A stretch of 64,000 bases of DNA from an uncultured Gammaproteobacteria bacterium (lineage in GTDB: Bacteria; Patescibacteriota; Microgenomatia; UBA8517): positions 1,762 through 65,761 of the forward strand of contig CAZDKH010000008.1 in the NCBI GenBank assembly GCA_964506225.1. The letters run 5' to 3'. Each line of letters opens with the position of its first letter. Positions within the stretch are counted from its first letter, which is position 1. The position numbers were made by a program, and so were the translations under genes. The notes beneath the pieces were generated by a model. That model did not search any database. It saw only the letters and a list, made by a program, of their open reading frames with translations, and was not told the origin of the DNA. Shown here in pieces: positions 9,371 through 19,045 of this stretch.

Positions 9371-11053
9371 TTAATCTTCACGCACAGCGCGCAAAACTTC
9401 CTCGATAGTTGTCAGTCCTGCTGCAACTTTATTAAGGCCATCTCGCAACATTGTGACCATTCCTTCACTTTCAGCCTTCTTGGTAATCTCATCCCCCGAG
9501 ACTTTCTCGCCTATAAGACTCCTTATAGACTCGGTCACGGACAAGGCCTCGTAAATTCCAATTCTTCCTGCGTAACCCGTGTTTCTGCACTCCTCGCAAC
9601 CCTTGCCTTTATAAAACTTTTGCTTTGCCACATTTACCCCCAAATCCTTGGTAAGTTTTGCCAGAAAACTTTTCTCGGGTTCATATTCGACGGTGCAATT
9701 GCTGCAGATTTTTCTAACCAACCTTTGGGCAATAATCACATTGACTGTTGAGGCTACCAAATAGCCTTCAACTCCCATTTCCAAAAGTCTCGGAATCGCC
9801 CCGGCTGCATCGTTTGTGTGAAGGGTGGACAAGACCAAGTGGCCGGTTAGGGCTGAGTGAACCGCTATTTCAGCAGTTTCCTTGTCGCGAATCTCCCCAA
9901 CCATAATAATATCGGGGTCGTGGCGAAGAAGAGCCCTAAGCCCCGACGCAAAAACCAACCCAGCCTTGGGGTTAACCTGAATTTGAGTAACCCTTTTCAC
10001 CCCGTACTCAACAGGGTCTTCAATGGTGCAAATTTTTACTTTTACTGTATTTAGGATATTTAGTATTGAATACAAAGTGGTGGTTTTACCAGAGCCAGTT
10101 GGACCCGTAACCAAAAGCATGCCGTGGGGTTTTAAGATGTTACTTCTGACAATCTCAAGATTTTTATCCGAAAGACCCAACTCCTCAAGACTTAATGGGC
10201 GTGAACTTTCCCTAAGAATCCTCATAACGACATTTTCTCCATAAAACGCTGGGATAATGGAAATTCTCAGGGCAATTGTCTCCTCATCAATCACAAATTT
10301 ATAGCGGCCGTCTTGGGGAACACGATGTTCGTCAATTTTCAAATTTGAAAGAATCTTGATTCTGGCAACCAAAGCCTCCTCAATACCCCGAGGCAGTTTG
10401 ATAATGTCGCGCAAAATGCCGTCAATACGAAAGCGAATAATAACCTCTTCTGCGTGGGTTTCAATATGAATATCTGAAGCGCGTTCGGCAACGGCATATC
10501 CCAAAATAGTATCTAAAACCTTTACAATTGGCAGCTCCTCGGCCGCCTTCTCGAGATTCTCCCCTCCCGGAACTGCTTTTTGAATATTTTCAGCAATGAC
10601 CTTGTCAAAATCCGCCCTGATATTTCTTTTGTACTGGCCAAGAGCTTTGCTTATATCATCTTGGCTAACAAAATATGGAATAACCTTAAGACCAGTGTGG
10701 CGTCTGATAAATTCAACTGCCTCAAAATCCGTGGGGTCCTCCATTGCAAGCTTAAGATTGTTTCCTTCTTTTTCAAAGGGTATAATGCGGTAGGAGCGAG
10801 CAATCTTTTCGGGCACCAAAGCCAAAACTTCATCAGGAATCACCTGATGGCCAATATTCACATAAGAAACACCAAGGTACTCAGCAATAAGCTTGCCCAA
10901 GGTTTCCTCTTTAATAAGTCCGCGAAAAGCTAAAACATCACTTACCTTCTTGCCAAGCTCTTGAGCAGACTGTGAAGCTTCATCAAATTCATTCTCGGCA
11001 ATATAGCCCCCGCCAACAAGAATTTCCTTAAGGGTTTGAGTTGATATCTTCAT
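9371..11053 (-). CDS. pilB: type IV pilus assembly ATPase PilB (GspE family)
   Basis: Walker A GPTGSGKTTT, Walker B/Asp box IMVGEIRD, His box TGHLVLSTLHTN. Tetracysteine CSNC...CEEC. N-terminal T2SE_N-like domain. Confidence 0.92.
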   Translation of the reverse strand: MKISTQTLKEILVGGGYIAENEFDEASQSAQELGKKVSDVLAFRGLIKEETLGKLIAEYLGVSYVNIGHQVIPDEVLALVPEKIARSYRIIPFEKEGNNLKLAMEDPTDFEAVEFIRRHTGLKVIPYFVSQDDISKALGQYKRNIRADFDKVIAENIQKAVPGGENLEKAAEELPIVKVLDTILGYAVAERASDIHIETHAEEVIIRFRIDGILRDIIKLPRGIEEALVARIKILSNLKIDEHRVPQDGRYKFVIDEETIALRISIIPAFYGENVVMRILRESSRPLSLEELGLSDKNLEIVRSNILKPHGMLLVTGPTGSGKTTTLYSILNILNTVKVKICTIEDPVEYGVKRVTQIQVNPKAGLVFASGLRALLRHDPDIIMVGEIRDKETAEIAVHSALTGHLVLSTLHTNDAAGAIPRLLEMGVEGYLVASTVNVIIAQRLVRKICSNCTVEYEPEKSFLAKLTKDLGVNVAKQKFYKGKGCEECRNTGYAGRIGIYEALSVTESIRSLIGEKVSGDEITKKAESEGMVTMLRDGLNKVAAGLTTIEEVLRAVRED

Positions 11054-11412
11054 GGGCAGACCTTAAATTATTCTAGCTAATTTTAACGCAAAAAAACACT
11101 ATCTGTACTGGAGTAGTCCTACCGACACCGGATTTTTAGATGGTCTGATAAATCGCAAATACCTATTAAAATACCAGTTATAGGTGTTTTATATGTTTAA
11201 TTCTTTCTTCGGGCAACAAAAAACTCTTTTTTGCCACTATAAAGACGCGATTTTTTGAAGCTGTTAACTACCAAGAAGAATGTCAATAATATCATTTCAC
11301 GCACCATCTGTAAGTATTATTTACAAAGTCCCCACTTGTGGGCATTAGGATTGTAGGAGCAATTTTTATTGGAAAAATAGGAATAATTGACTCTTAGTAA
11401 TAAAATAAATCA

Positions 11413-13095
11413 ATGTCAGGCGCAACCCAAATCGAAAGAGGTGAATATTTACCCTTGAATAGACCCGACGTATTGTTAGTCTTACCTCCACTATATCAAA
11501 CAGGAAGAGAACCTGACTACAATCCCAAAGAGCCTATGGGATTAATGTATCTAGCGGCTTCGTTAAGAAGAGAAGGTAGAAGAGTAGAAATTTTTGACGC
11601 CGATATTGAAGCAAATACTTTAGAACAAACAACTCAAAGAATTCTTGAAAAAAATCCACCCTTGGTCGGCTTTTCTGTACTTCAAAGAGCATTACCCTCT
11701 TTAGAAATAACTGTCAATGCCTTAAGAGAAAGAGGCTACACAGGTCATATTACCTGTGGAGGAATCACAGCCACATTATCTTTTCCTTATATTATGGAGC
11801 GGTTAGGAGGCAAAATAAATTCCATAGTTTTGGGAGAGGGAGAAAAAACTATAGTACGCCTTACAGAAAAAGTTTTAACCGGACAAGATTGGAGAACTAC
11901 TCCCGCAATTGCTTATCTGGAAAACCATACTCAAGTTGTTAATAAACCAATTGATAATGTTGATCTTGACGCTTTACCCTTTGCTTCTCGGGATTATTTG
12001 GAATATTGTCTGGGAAAAACAAACTACGCAACTATCATGGGAAGTAGAGGTTGCTATGGAATTTGTAGTTTTTGTAGTAATTATTCTTTTGAAAACTTTC
12101 GGGATGGACCAAGATGGATAGGAAGGAATCCTACTAGCGTTGTTGATGAAATGCAGGAAATATTCGAGACTCATAATGTAAATGTTTTTAAATTTAATGA
12201 CCCTAACATTTTTGGGCCAGGACCAAAAGGGCGTCAGCATGTAACCCAAATTTGTCAAGAAATTAAAAGAAGAAGGCTACCTTTCCATTTAATGGGTTTT
12301 TGCCGGGGTAATGATATTACAGGAGATCCTCAAATAGTGAAAAACTTGAAAGCTGCCGGTTTTGAAAGACTTTTGATTGGAGTGGAAAGTACAGACGATA
12401 AAGTTCTTAAAAAGTTTTGCAAGGGAGAAACAATTGGCCAAATGGAGGAGGCTCTAAATATCCTTGAAAAAGAAGGAATTTCTGTGGTAGTGGGTTTTAT
12501 GATCTTCAATCCTTATACTACTTTGGATACACTTAAAAGTGATTTAGCCTTTCTTAGAAAAAGGGGATATTGCCCAACCTTGAGTAAAGCTTTGCGAGTT
12601 TTTGACGGCACTCCAATCCAAACTCTTTTAGAAGCAGAGGCTCGATTGATCAAAAGAAATCCTTTTGAAGGATACCATGAGTACATTATGCCGAAAGATA
12701 TGGCAGCGATTTATGCCTCAATGAAATCTTTATTTACAAATTGTTTAGACCGAATAAGAGCAGTTGGCCAAGAGAGAATTTGGGATATTAAAAAAGCTCC
12801 ATCTTTTCGGGACAGACAAGACTTTAATAGTTTAGCGGAGGCATTTTTTGGGGTAGAATCATTTTTACTTGAAAATCTTATTAAGTGGACAGAAACAGGG
12901 GATTTTGGTTTGGATAATGTTAGAGAAACAGTAAAAGAGGTTTATGAAATGTTAAGAGGAATAGGGAAAGCTATTTCTGTGGATATTGATGAAGTTGTAT
13001 CACCCCAAGAAACGGTGGTAAGTGATATTCATACTCTAATGAAAGAAAAACCTTGGAACACTTTCAGGGAGGAATACCGGTGGAATTTGGATTAG
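11413..13095 (+). CDS. B12-binding-domain radical SAM protein
   Basis: N-terminal Rossmann-like B12-binding segment (VLLVLPPLY...MGLMYLAASLRREGRRVEIFDADIE). Radical SAM CxxxCxxC = C214-YGI-C218-SF-C221 at 12052-12075. Confidence 0.8.
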   Translation: MSGATQIERGEYLPLNRPDVLLVLPPLYQTGREPDYNPKEPMGLMYLAASLRREGRRVEIFDADIEANTLEQTTQRILEKNPPLVGFSVLQRALPSLEITVNALRERGYTGHITCGGITATLSFPYIMERLGGKINSIVLGEGEKTIVRLTEKVLTGQDWRTTPAIAYLENHTQVVNKPIDNVDLDALPFASRDYLEYCLGKTNYATIMGSRGCYGICSFCSNYSFENFRDGPRWIGRNPTSVVDEMQEIFETHNVNVFKFNDPNIFGPGPKGRQHVTQICQEIKRRRLPFHLMGFCRGNDITGDPQIVKNLKAAGFERLLIGVESTDDKVLKKFCKGETIGQMEEALNILEKEGISVVVGFMIFNPYTTLDTLKSDLAFLRKRGYCPTLSKALRVFDGTPIQTLLEAEARLIKRNPFEGYHEYIMPKDMAAIYASMKSLFTNCLDRIRAVGQERIWDIKKAPSFRDRQDFNSLAEAFFGVESFLLENLIKWTETGDFGLDNVRETVKEVYEMLRGIGKAISVDIDEVVSPQETVVSDIHTLMKEKPWNTFREEYRWNLD

Positions 13096-13640
13096 AAACT
13101 ATTAAAGCAATTACTGATTTTATTTTTGTAAAAGATAAGCTAAAGAAAGCAGATTTGATTATTGTCCCTGGTTCAAGTCAGCGCCATCTTCCACAAAAGG
13201 CAGTAAGACTTTACAAAAAGGGATTTGCTCCTAAAATTTTGTTTACCGGTGGATTTAATCAAAAAATTAAAAAAAATGAGTGTGATTTTGGGAAAGAAAT
13301 AGCCTTAAAAAAAGGAATTCCCCCGGAAGATATTTTTTACGAAAATAAGTCTTTGAATACTAAGGAAAATGCTAAGGAAGCAGTAAAGATTATCAAAAGA
13401 CACAGACTGACTTGTAAAAAAATTATATTAGTGGGCAAATTTTATCATGCACGACGATTGAAAATGACTTTTGCTAAATTTTTTCCGGACAGTGAACTTA
13501 TAATTTTCCCAGTAACAGACGAAAGAAAAATTACTTCTAAGAATTGGTGGAAAGATAAAGAAAAAACTACCAAGGTAATGGAAGAGGTAAAAAAAATAGG
13601 AGAGTATTTTCTTAAGGGGGATTTATCTTTAGAAAGTTAA
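13080..13640 (+). CDS. DUF218 / YdcF-like protein
   Basis: DLIIVPGSS...FTGG...NTKENA pattern of the DUF218 (SanA/YdcF/ElyC) fold. In-frame GTG at 13080 is preceded by SD GGAGGA (13069-13074). The track ORF starts at TTG 13053. Confidence 0.6.
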   Translation: MEFGLETIKAITDFIFVKDKLKKADLIIVPGSSQRHLPQKAVRLYKKGFAPKILFTGGFNQKIKKNECDFGKEIALKKGIPPEDIFYENKSLNTKENAKEAVKIIKRHRLTCKKIILVGKFYHARRLKMTFAKFFPDSELIIFPVTDERKITSKNWWKDKEKTTKVMEEVKKIGEYFLKGDLSLES

Positions 13641-13837
13641 TAAAATTATATTTTAAATAATTAATTTAAAACCTTCTTACTTGCTTTCAACAATTAATGT
13701 TACTAACTTGAAAATAATGAATAATCATTTTTAAAAAGAATATGGAAGGGGAGTCATATCAGTTCACCCGACGGATGTGATACAAGGACTTTAAAGAAGA
13801 AAGAGTAAGAATAAAGATCTTTAAAATTAACAATTTA

Positions 13838-14080
13838 CTATTTCTTCAAATTCTTCAAAATTTTTTTATAAAGCAATATTGCTGCTGTAAAAAATAAATA
13901 GAAAATAATAAAAAAGAAGCTAATATTAAGAAGATAACTAATTATTATTCTTGGCAAACTTCTAGTTACTAAAATATCGATATTGCGTGAAACAAAATTC
14001 ATTGCCCAAAAAACAAAAATGACAGAAACTGCCAAAGAACCTGCCAACCTTCTCTTGGAAAAAAAATTAACATTATTCAT
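13838..14080 (-). CDS. small two-TM membrane protein
   Basis: 80 aa and hydrophobic. ATGA overlap with the upstream metalloprotease stop. Confidence 0.3.
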   Translation of the reverse strand: MNNVNFFSKRRLAGSLAVSVIFVFWAMNFVSRNIDILVTRSLPRIIISYLLNISFFFIIFYLFFTAAILLYKKILKNLKK

Positions 14081-15696
14081 AATTCTTTCCTACCGGCACC
14101 TTTTGACCGTGTGGGTATTTTGAAAACTGCCACTGATAATGCTAGAAGCAGTCCAGTAATGATTACCCCAATCCAAAACACCTGATTCTTCTTCACAGTT
14201 TTTCCAATAGATTGCCCACTCGGATTAGAACTGTCAAGCAAGCCAGCTTCAATAACCGACTCCGGTTGAGAAGGTGCTTTTTGGACATATTCTGTCGGAA
14301 TTTTTATCGCCACCATCCTTACCCAAGGCCCCTTGTTCACCTGCTGTTTATAACCCAAAAAATCAAAATCAACAGTTTTTTTGCTCGTAGGAACCGTAAT
14401 TTCAAAAACTCCCTTATTCTTGTAATCAAAAGTTAAATTATCCTTTAGCTGAAGAAGGCCAACATATTTTGCTGGAAGTAATTTCCCTTGCTCATCTACT
14501 AAAACTCCATAAAGTTTTTCGCTTTTCGAGGGAGCATTAAAATAAAAACTCTCCGCTGATAAATTTTTCCCATCTACCACACAATAAGCTTTCATTGTTA
14601 CCACCGCTTTATCTTCTATTTGAGGTAAAGGAACTCTCCCATTCCCGTCTTGATCGGTAGTAACTGTTTTTTTAACTATTCCCTCCCCTTTATAATCCAC
14701 AACCTCAACTGTTACCGCCAAATTTCCAATCGGTTTTTCCTTATATTCGTTATTTTCCAAAACTCTTCTAAACACAAAAGCAACTACTTCCCTAGGCTCC
14801 ACCGTAATTCCAAGATGCACGCCCACTTTTCCCTTGATTAAAGAGTTAGGATTATTAAAATACCAGTCAAAAGCCGGCTGTCCATCAATAGTTTTTCCTT
14901 GTAAAAGATGATACATAATCTGTTGGTATTCTTCAAAAGAAATATCAGTTTTATTATTCTCCTTCACCCAGTTATAAACTGCGTTGTTAAAAGTCTTAAA
15001 AAAATCAAGATTGTCATTTGTAGAAGAAGCAGCTGAAAGTAAAGTCAAATGAACTAAGGTGGTAATGTCATAAACATTGCCGTGGTTGGTATTTTGTTTG
15101 GAAGAACCCCAGTTTGTAGTCCCAGCTACCGTATCTGGATCCAGATAAAGTTTAAAATAAGGCATCAAACCAATATCCGGATAAACCACTCCGGTAGTAA
15201 AAACAAAACTGCCAGTTTTCGCCAATTCTCGACCCAACAAAGTATCAGAAACCTTTGCCCAACCCTCATTTATCCATTGGGGGTGAAAACTTACTCTTTT
15301 ATTACCATAATAATATTGAGCATGGGAAAGCTCATGGAGCATACTGCCATAGATTTACTCCAAAGCATGTCTTGTATCTGTATCCTTATTTTTAAGATAC
15401 TCTTTTGCTTGACCTGCTAAAACTAAGGTTTGTTCATTATCCAGAAATTCCGTATTATGGACTGTTCCTGTTGGATCGGCTTCTATCTTCAAATTTATAT
15501 TAGAAAATGGTGGCCCAAAAATCTTTAACATTAAAGGCTCCATCTTGCTATAAAAAGATCTCATTTCTTTCACTGGCAGTAAGTTAGAAATCTCTCCCAG
15601 CGTCATTCGATTATTCTCAGGAACTTGAGCGCAAACCGCACTAGAAGCAAAAAAAGTTAAAAAGCCTATAAAAAGCGGAAGAATAATTCTTCTCAT
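14077..15696 (-). pseudogene. secreted/anchored zinc metallopeptidase (HExxH) interrupted by one in-frame TAA
   Basis: ORFs 15355..15696 (signal peptide MRRIILPLFIGFLTFFASSAVCA) and 14077..15342 are in the same frame. The only interruption is TAA at 15355-15357: ...RHALE*IYGSMLHELSHAQ. HELSH lies at 15322-15336. There is a CarboxypepD_reg-like segment and a C-terminal TM anchor. Confidence 0.6.
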
Positions 15697-15767
15697 TTTT
15701 TATCAGATTAGAACATCTAGAAAAGATTGCCAAGAAACCTTTGTCTCTGTCTCCCCCTTCTAAACAA

Positions 15768-16910
15768 TTATTTAGCCGACAAAATAATCTTTTTGTAATA
15801 GTCTTTTTCACTAGTTAAGATTTCTGAGGTGTAACGCATTGGGTTGTTGGCGAAAGAGGCGCCGGTAAAAAATATTTTCTCCGCCCCGTTTTTCAAAGCA
15901 TTGTTAACGCTGTGGGTAAGCCTTTCAACATTTTCCCCTACATTATTGCCCTGAATATTCTCCGCTTCCGTTACCCAAATTAGCTTGCTAATTTTATAGT
16001 TGGCAAGCAAATTTTTGTAGGCGGTAACATTTAAATCATTTGCACTTAAAGAAGCAGGCTCATTCCTATCTTGATTAGACCCCGAAAGACAATGGACATT
16101 AGCAATATCAAAAAACTCGGCAATTTTTGGAGTGGCAAAAACTTTTTCCCAATATTCGATTGCTTCTTTTTGTACACTAGCTGGAGCAGCAATTAATACC
16201 TTAGCATTGGCATTAGCTACTTTAATGGCGGAATATGATTTTTACAAAAGTTTGGCATAATTTTCCGGAGTATCAAGATAAAATACCATTCCAAAATCAC
16301 CTTTCGAATCTTTAGTTAAATCCGGCTCATTACCAATCTCGTAATAAAAAATAGGAGAAAGTAATCCTTTCATATCATCTTTACCATCCCCGTCATATCT
16401 CTCCACTAAAGCCGTTAGCCATTTTTCGTAAGCTATCCAGTTATTTGGATTGCATCGATAGTATGGCAACCCTGGCGTTTTAAAATTCCCTTTGCTTCTT
16501 GGCAACATCTCATCATTGGCAGAAACTTTGCATTTATTGCCATATTCTTTTTGGTCCCAATCGGCAAAGGGAAAAATAGTAATAAGAAGATTTAAACCCC
16601 TTTTTTGCGCTTGTATTACAACTTTATCAGTCTCTGAAAAATCGATTGGCGCTTTTTCTTCTTTTTGCATTACTCCCCAAACGAAATAGCCAAAATTTGG
16701 TCGCAGCCAAGTTGCTCCTGTCTCATCAATTCTTTCTTGATCTATATTTTCCGCGTCCCGAAAGAAACCAAAATTTCCATCAACAAATGTTTTTGTTTCA
16801 TTTTTGATTTTATTCTCAACCGAAATATTTTTTAAAACACCACTGGAATGAATTAAGAACAACCCCAAACCAATAATAACCAAAGCCGAAATAATGACAA
16901 TCTTTTTCAT
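15768..16910 (-). pseudogene. clan GH-A (GH5-like) glycoside hydrolase interrupted by one in-frame TAA
   Basis: ORF 16242..16910 (signal anchor; YEIGNEPD acid/base motif) stops at TAA 16242-16244. The same frame stays open through 16241..15768 (own translation ...YAKLL*KSYSAIKVANANAKVLIAAPAS...LIWVTEAENIQ) and contains the nucleophile-type WVTE motif. Confidence 0.6.
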
Positions 16911-17108
16911 ATTTTCATTATATTTTTTCTTAGAATTTTATTCAGCTACTTTTTTATAAACCCAATAATAGGCGGTTTTTCTCCATATTTGCAGCGAATA
17001 TTGACGCTTTTTCTTGACCTCTTTCATAAATAAGGTCAGTTTATGTTATATTGTAATCAAAGTATGAATATTTCAGATGGTTCCCACCCATTATTAATAA
17101 GTAAATTC

Positions 17109-18731
17109 TTATATGGGCAAACTTATCTTATTTTTAATCAGATACCAGTCTGCCTTCACCAAGTATTCAAAAGCTAAAGCAATAAATTCATCTTTATAAA
17201 GCGGACTTGATTCATCAGACATCATCTGCATGATTTTGCCAGGATCTATTAATCCGTATTGGGCTAAAACCGAGTTTTTCATTACCCAAGATATTAGGGG
17301 TTTTTGGTTTCGTGGAAATCCGAGAGCAAATTCTGTCCCTCCTTTTTTGGGGATAAACATCTCGGGAACAAAGATATGACTAAGATATCGGGCGTAGATT
17401 TGCTTTTCGTCATAAATCCTGTTATCTCTTAGCCGCCGTCTCATGCCCACTGCCAAAACTCGCGAATCCAGATAAGGAGATATCTGACGAGTCCCAAAAT
17501 TCATATAAATTTCATTTATCAGGGCCGTTTCCACCACATTCATATCTGAAACAAATAATGGGTAACGCCTCCGTTTATTAAATCTTTCTTTATCCAACAT
17601 TAAATCCAAAGCCTTAGGTGTAAAAAGGATGGCCTGTCTTTCTCTTTTTAACCATCTAATATGGTCAAAATAGCTAATCTGACGAGCGTATTTAGCCAGC
17701 ATCAGCCACTCTTTTAGAGAATAGGTTTCATCGCCGTGCTGACCTGTAAAAAGTAGTCGAGGAGAGTATCTTTTTAAAAATTTTATATAATCACCAAAAT
17801 AATCTGCATCCAGTTGTAAGAGATCATCATCCTTCCAAAGTTTAAAATAATTCCGTGCGTACCCCTGCTCTGGATAAAGCTTTACTGCTCTTAGCCTCAG
17901 GGAGTGTTTGGCAGCAAATTTACGAATGATGTTTAAACTTTCTGTGCCATAACCTTTTGGGAAGTAAAATGAATAACAATAAAAACTCTTTGGCCCAATG
18001 AGCTTAGCCATGATATAAGCGATAAAGGTACAATCAAAGCCACTGGAAATCTCACAACCAAGATGAACCCCCTGAGGTATTTTCTCCAGGCGTCGGGCTA
18101 CAGCTTCTGTTAAAGCCAACTCCAATGCTTTGGCAAAACCTCTATCATCTTTAAATTCATCTTTGGGGAGAGATGAAAGAAAGTCATCAATATCAATAAG
18201 GGACTCTATCTGATAATAAATGTTCGGTTCAAAAACAAATTTAACCACGCTACCCGGTGGAACTGTTTTTACCGACTTAAGAAGAGTCCTTTCGGTTGGA
18301 TGCCATGCTTGTAGTATATAGTTTAACAAACCGTCCATGTCGGCTATCAATGGTTTGTAACCCGAAACTATCTTTTTTATTTCTGAGAAGCGACTAGAGA
18401 AAACCACCTGATTATCTAAAATGGCAAAGTAACAAAGAAAATTCATGGTGTTATCCAATCCCACTGTAAGTTTTTTAAGTTTTTTATCCCAAATAAACAA
18501 AAGGTAATCACAATCGCTATTGGCAATTCGCTTTAGACCATATCTGCTCAGTTCTAAAGCCAGCTGGCTTTCGGGTATATCAGGCCGATAGCTTGAAAAA
18601 TAACCCCAAATAGCAAAGTCGCTATTTTCTATAAAAACTTTTGCCGGCAGACCCACATCTTTAAACTGCTCGCTAAGCCTTTTAAAGAATGGGGTACTGG
18701 AAGAAAATGTAAAACTAAAATGAGTACTCAT
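17109..18731 (-). CDS. asparagine synthetase-like (lasso-cyclase-like) ATP-dependent amidoligase homolog
   Basis: GATase-like N-domain without the Cys2 nucleophile (starts MSTHF). PP-loop position reads SSGFDC (18030-18047) instead of SGGxDS. A later GQHGDETY corresponds to AsnB G(x)GGDE(l/i)F. 540 aa. Confidence 0.6.
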   Translation of the reverse strand: MSTHFSFTFSSSTPFFKRLSEQFKDVGLPAKVFIENSDFAIWGYFSSYRPDIPESQLALELSRYGLKRIANSDCDYLLFIWDKKLKKLTVGLDNTMNFLCYFAILDNQVVFSSRFSEIKKIVSGYKPLIADMDGLLNYILQAWHPTERTLLKSVKTVPPGSVVKFVFEPNIYYQIESLIDIDDFLSSLPKDEFKDDRGFAKALELALTEAVARRLEKIPQGVHLGCEISSGFDCTFIAYIMAKLIGPKSFYCYSFYFPKGYGTESLNIIRKFAAKHSLRLRAVKLYPEQGYARNYFKLWKDDDLLQLDADYFGDYIKFLKRYSPRLLFTGQHGDETYSLKEWLMLAKYARQISYFDHIRWLKRERQAILFTPKALDLMLDKERFNKRRRYPLFVSDMNVVETALINEIYMNFGTRQISPYLDSRVLAVGMRRRLRDNRIYDEKQIYARYLSHIFVPEMFIPKKGGTEFALGFPRNQKPLISWVMKNSVLAQYGLIDPGKIMQMMSDESSPLYKDEFIALAFEYLVKADWYLIKNKISLPI

Positions 18732-19039
18732 CCTTGCTTGAAGATAATACCTTTATTAACTAAATCATTCACTGCTTTCTCCACAGAGCTATTATTGGAA
18801 GAAAAAGTCTCAATTAATTTTTCCAGATCGTCTTTTGTCACTGGTCCTGCCGACTCAAGAGCTTTTAAGATAAAGTAAAGAGGTGGTGATATTTCCAACA
18901 TCTTATCATTTTTCCCATCATATGCTACAGTCTTATAGCCATCATAGGCATCAGAGTCCAAAAAGATTATCGCGTCATGATTTAATCTATAATTCATAGT
19001 CAAGATATCAGATTTTTTTGATCTTAAAACCCCAGGCAT
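18728..19039 (-). CDS. PqqD-like RiPP recognition element (RRE) protein
   Basis: 103 aa. Beta-rich N-part (AIIFLDSDAYDGYKTVAY...MLEISPP) then a winged-helix-like part (LYFILKALESAGPVTKDDLEKLIETF...AVNDLVNKGII), the pattern of PqqD/lasso B1 proteins. ATGA overlap with the AsnB-like gene. Confidence 0.5.
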   Translation of the reverse strand: MPGVLRSKKSDILTMNYRLNHDAIIFLDSDAYDGYKTVAYDGKNDKMLEISPPLYFILKALESAGPVTKDDLEKLIETFSSNNSSVEKAVNDLVNKGIIFKQG

Positions 19040-19045
19040 TCTCTG

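Noticed and set aside
11329-11340. The 12-mer TCCCCACTTGTG next to the rSAM gene is identical to 19052-19063 inside the peptide gene. On the minus strand both encode H-K-W-G close to a stop codon, which hinted at a second precursor-like peptide beside the rSAM.
   Set aside because: A 165-nt query is expected to find about one exact 12-mer match by chance in about 128 kb of two-strand sequence. The similarity does not extend beyond 12 nt. The 11.3-kb frame has no ATG, GTG or TTG start and no SD.
13053-13095. A 43-nt overlap between the rSAM gene and the DUF218 ORF as evidence of a frameshifted fusion.
   Set aside because: An in-frame GTG at 13080 with its own GGAGGA SD gives a normal short (16-nt) overlap typical of translational coupling. 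No fusion needs to be invoked.
15355-16244. TAA reassigned as a sense codon, which would explain both interrupted genes.
   Set aside because: TAA clearly terminates many well-defined genes here, including relE at 24148-24150, groES, and the MazG remnant and DUF218 ends, at positions matching the expected protein C-termini. Genome-wide reassignment is therefore not supported. Local readthrough cannot be excluded.
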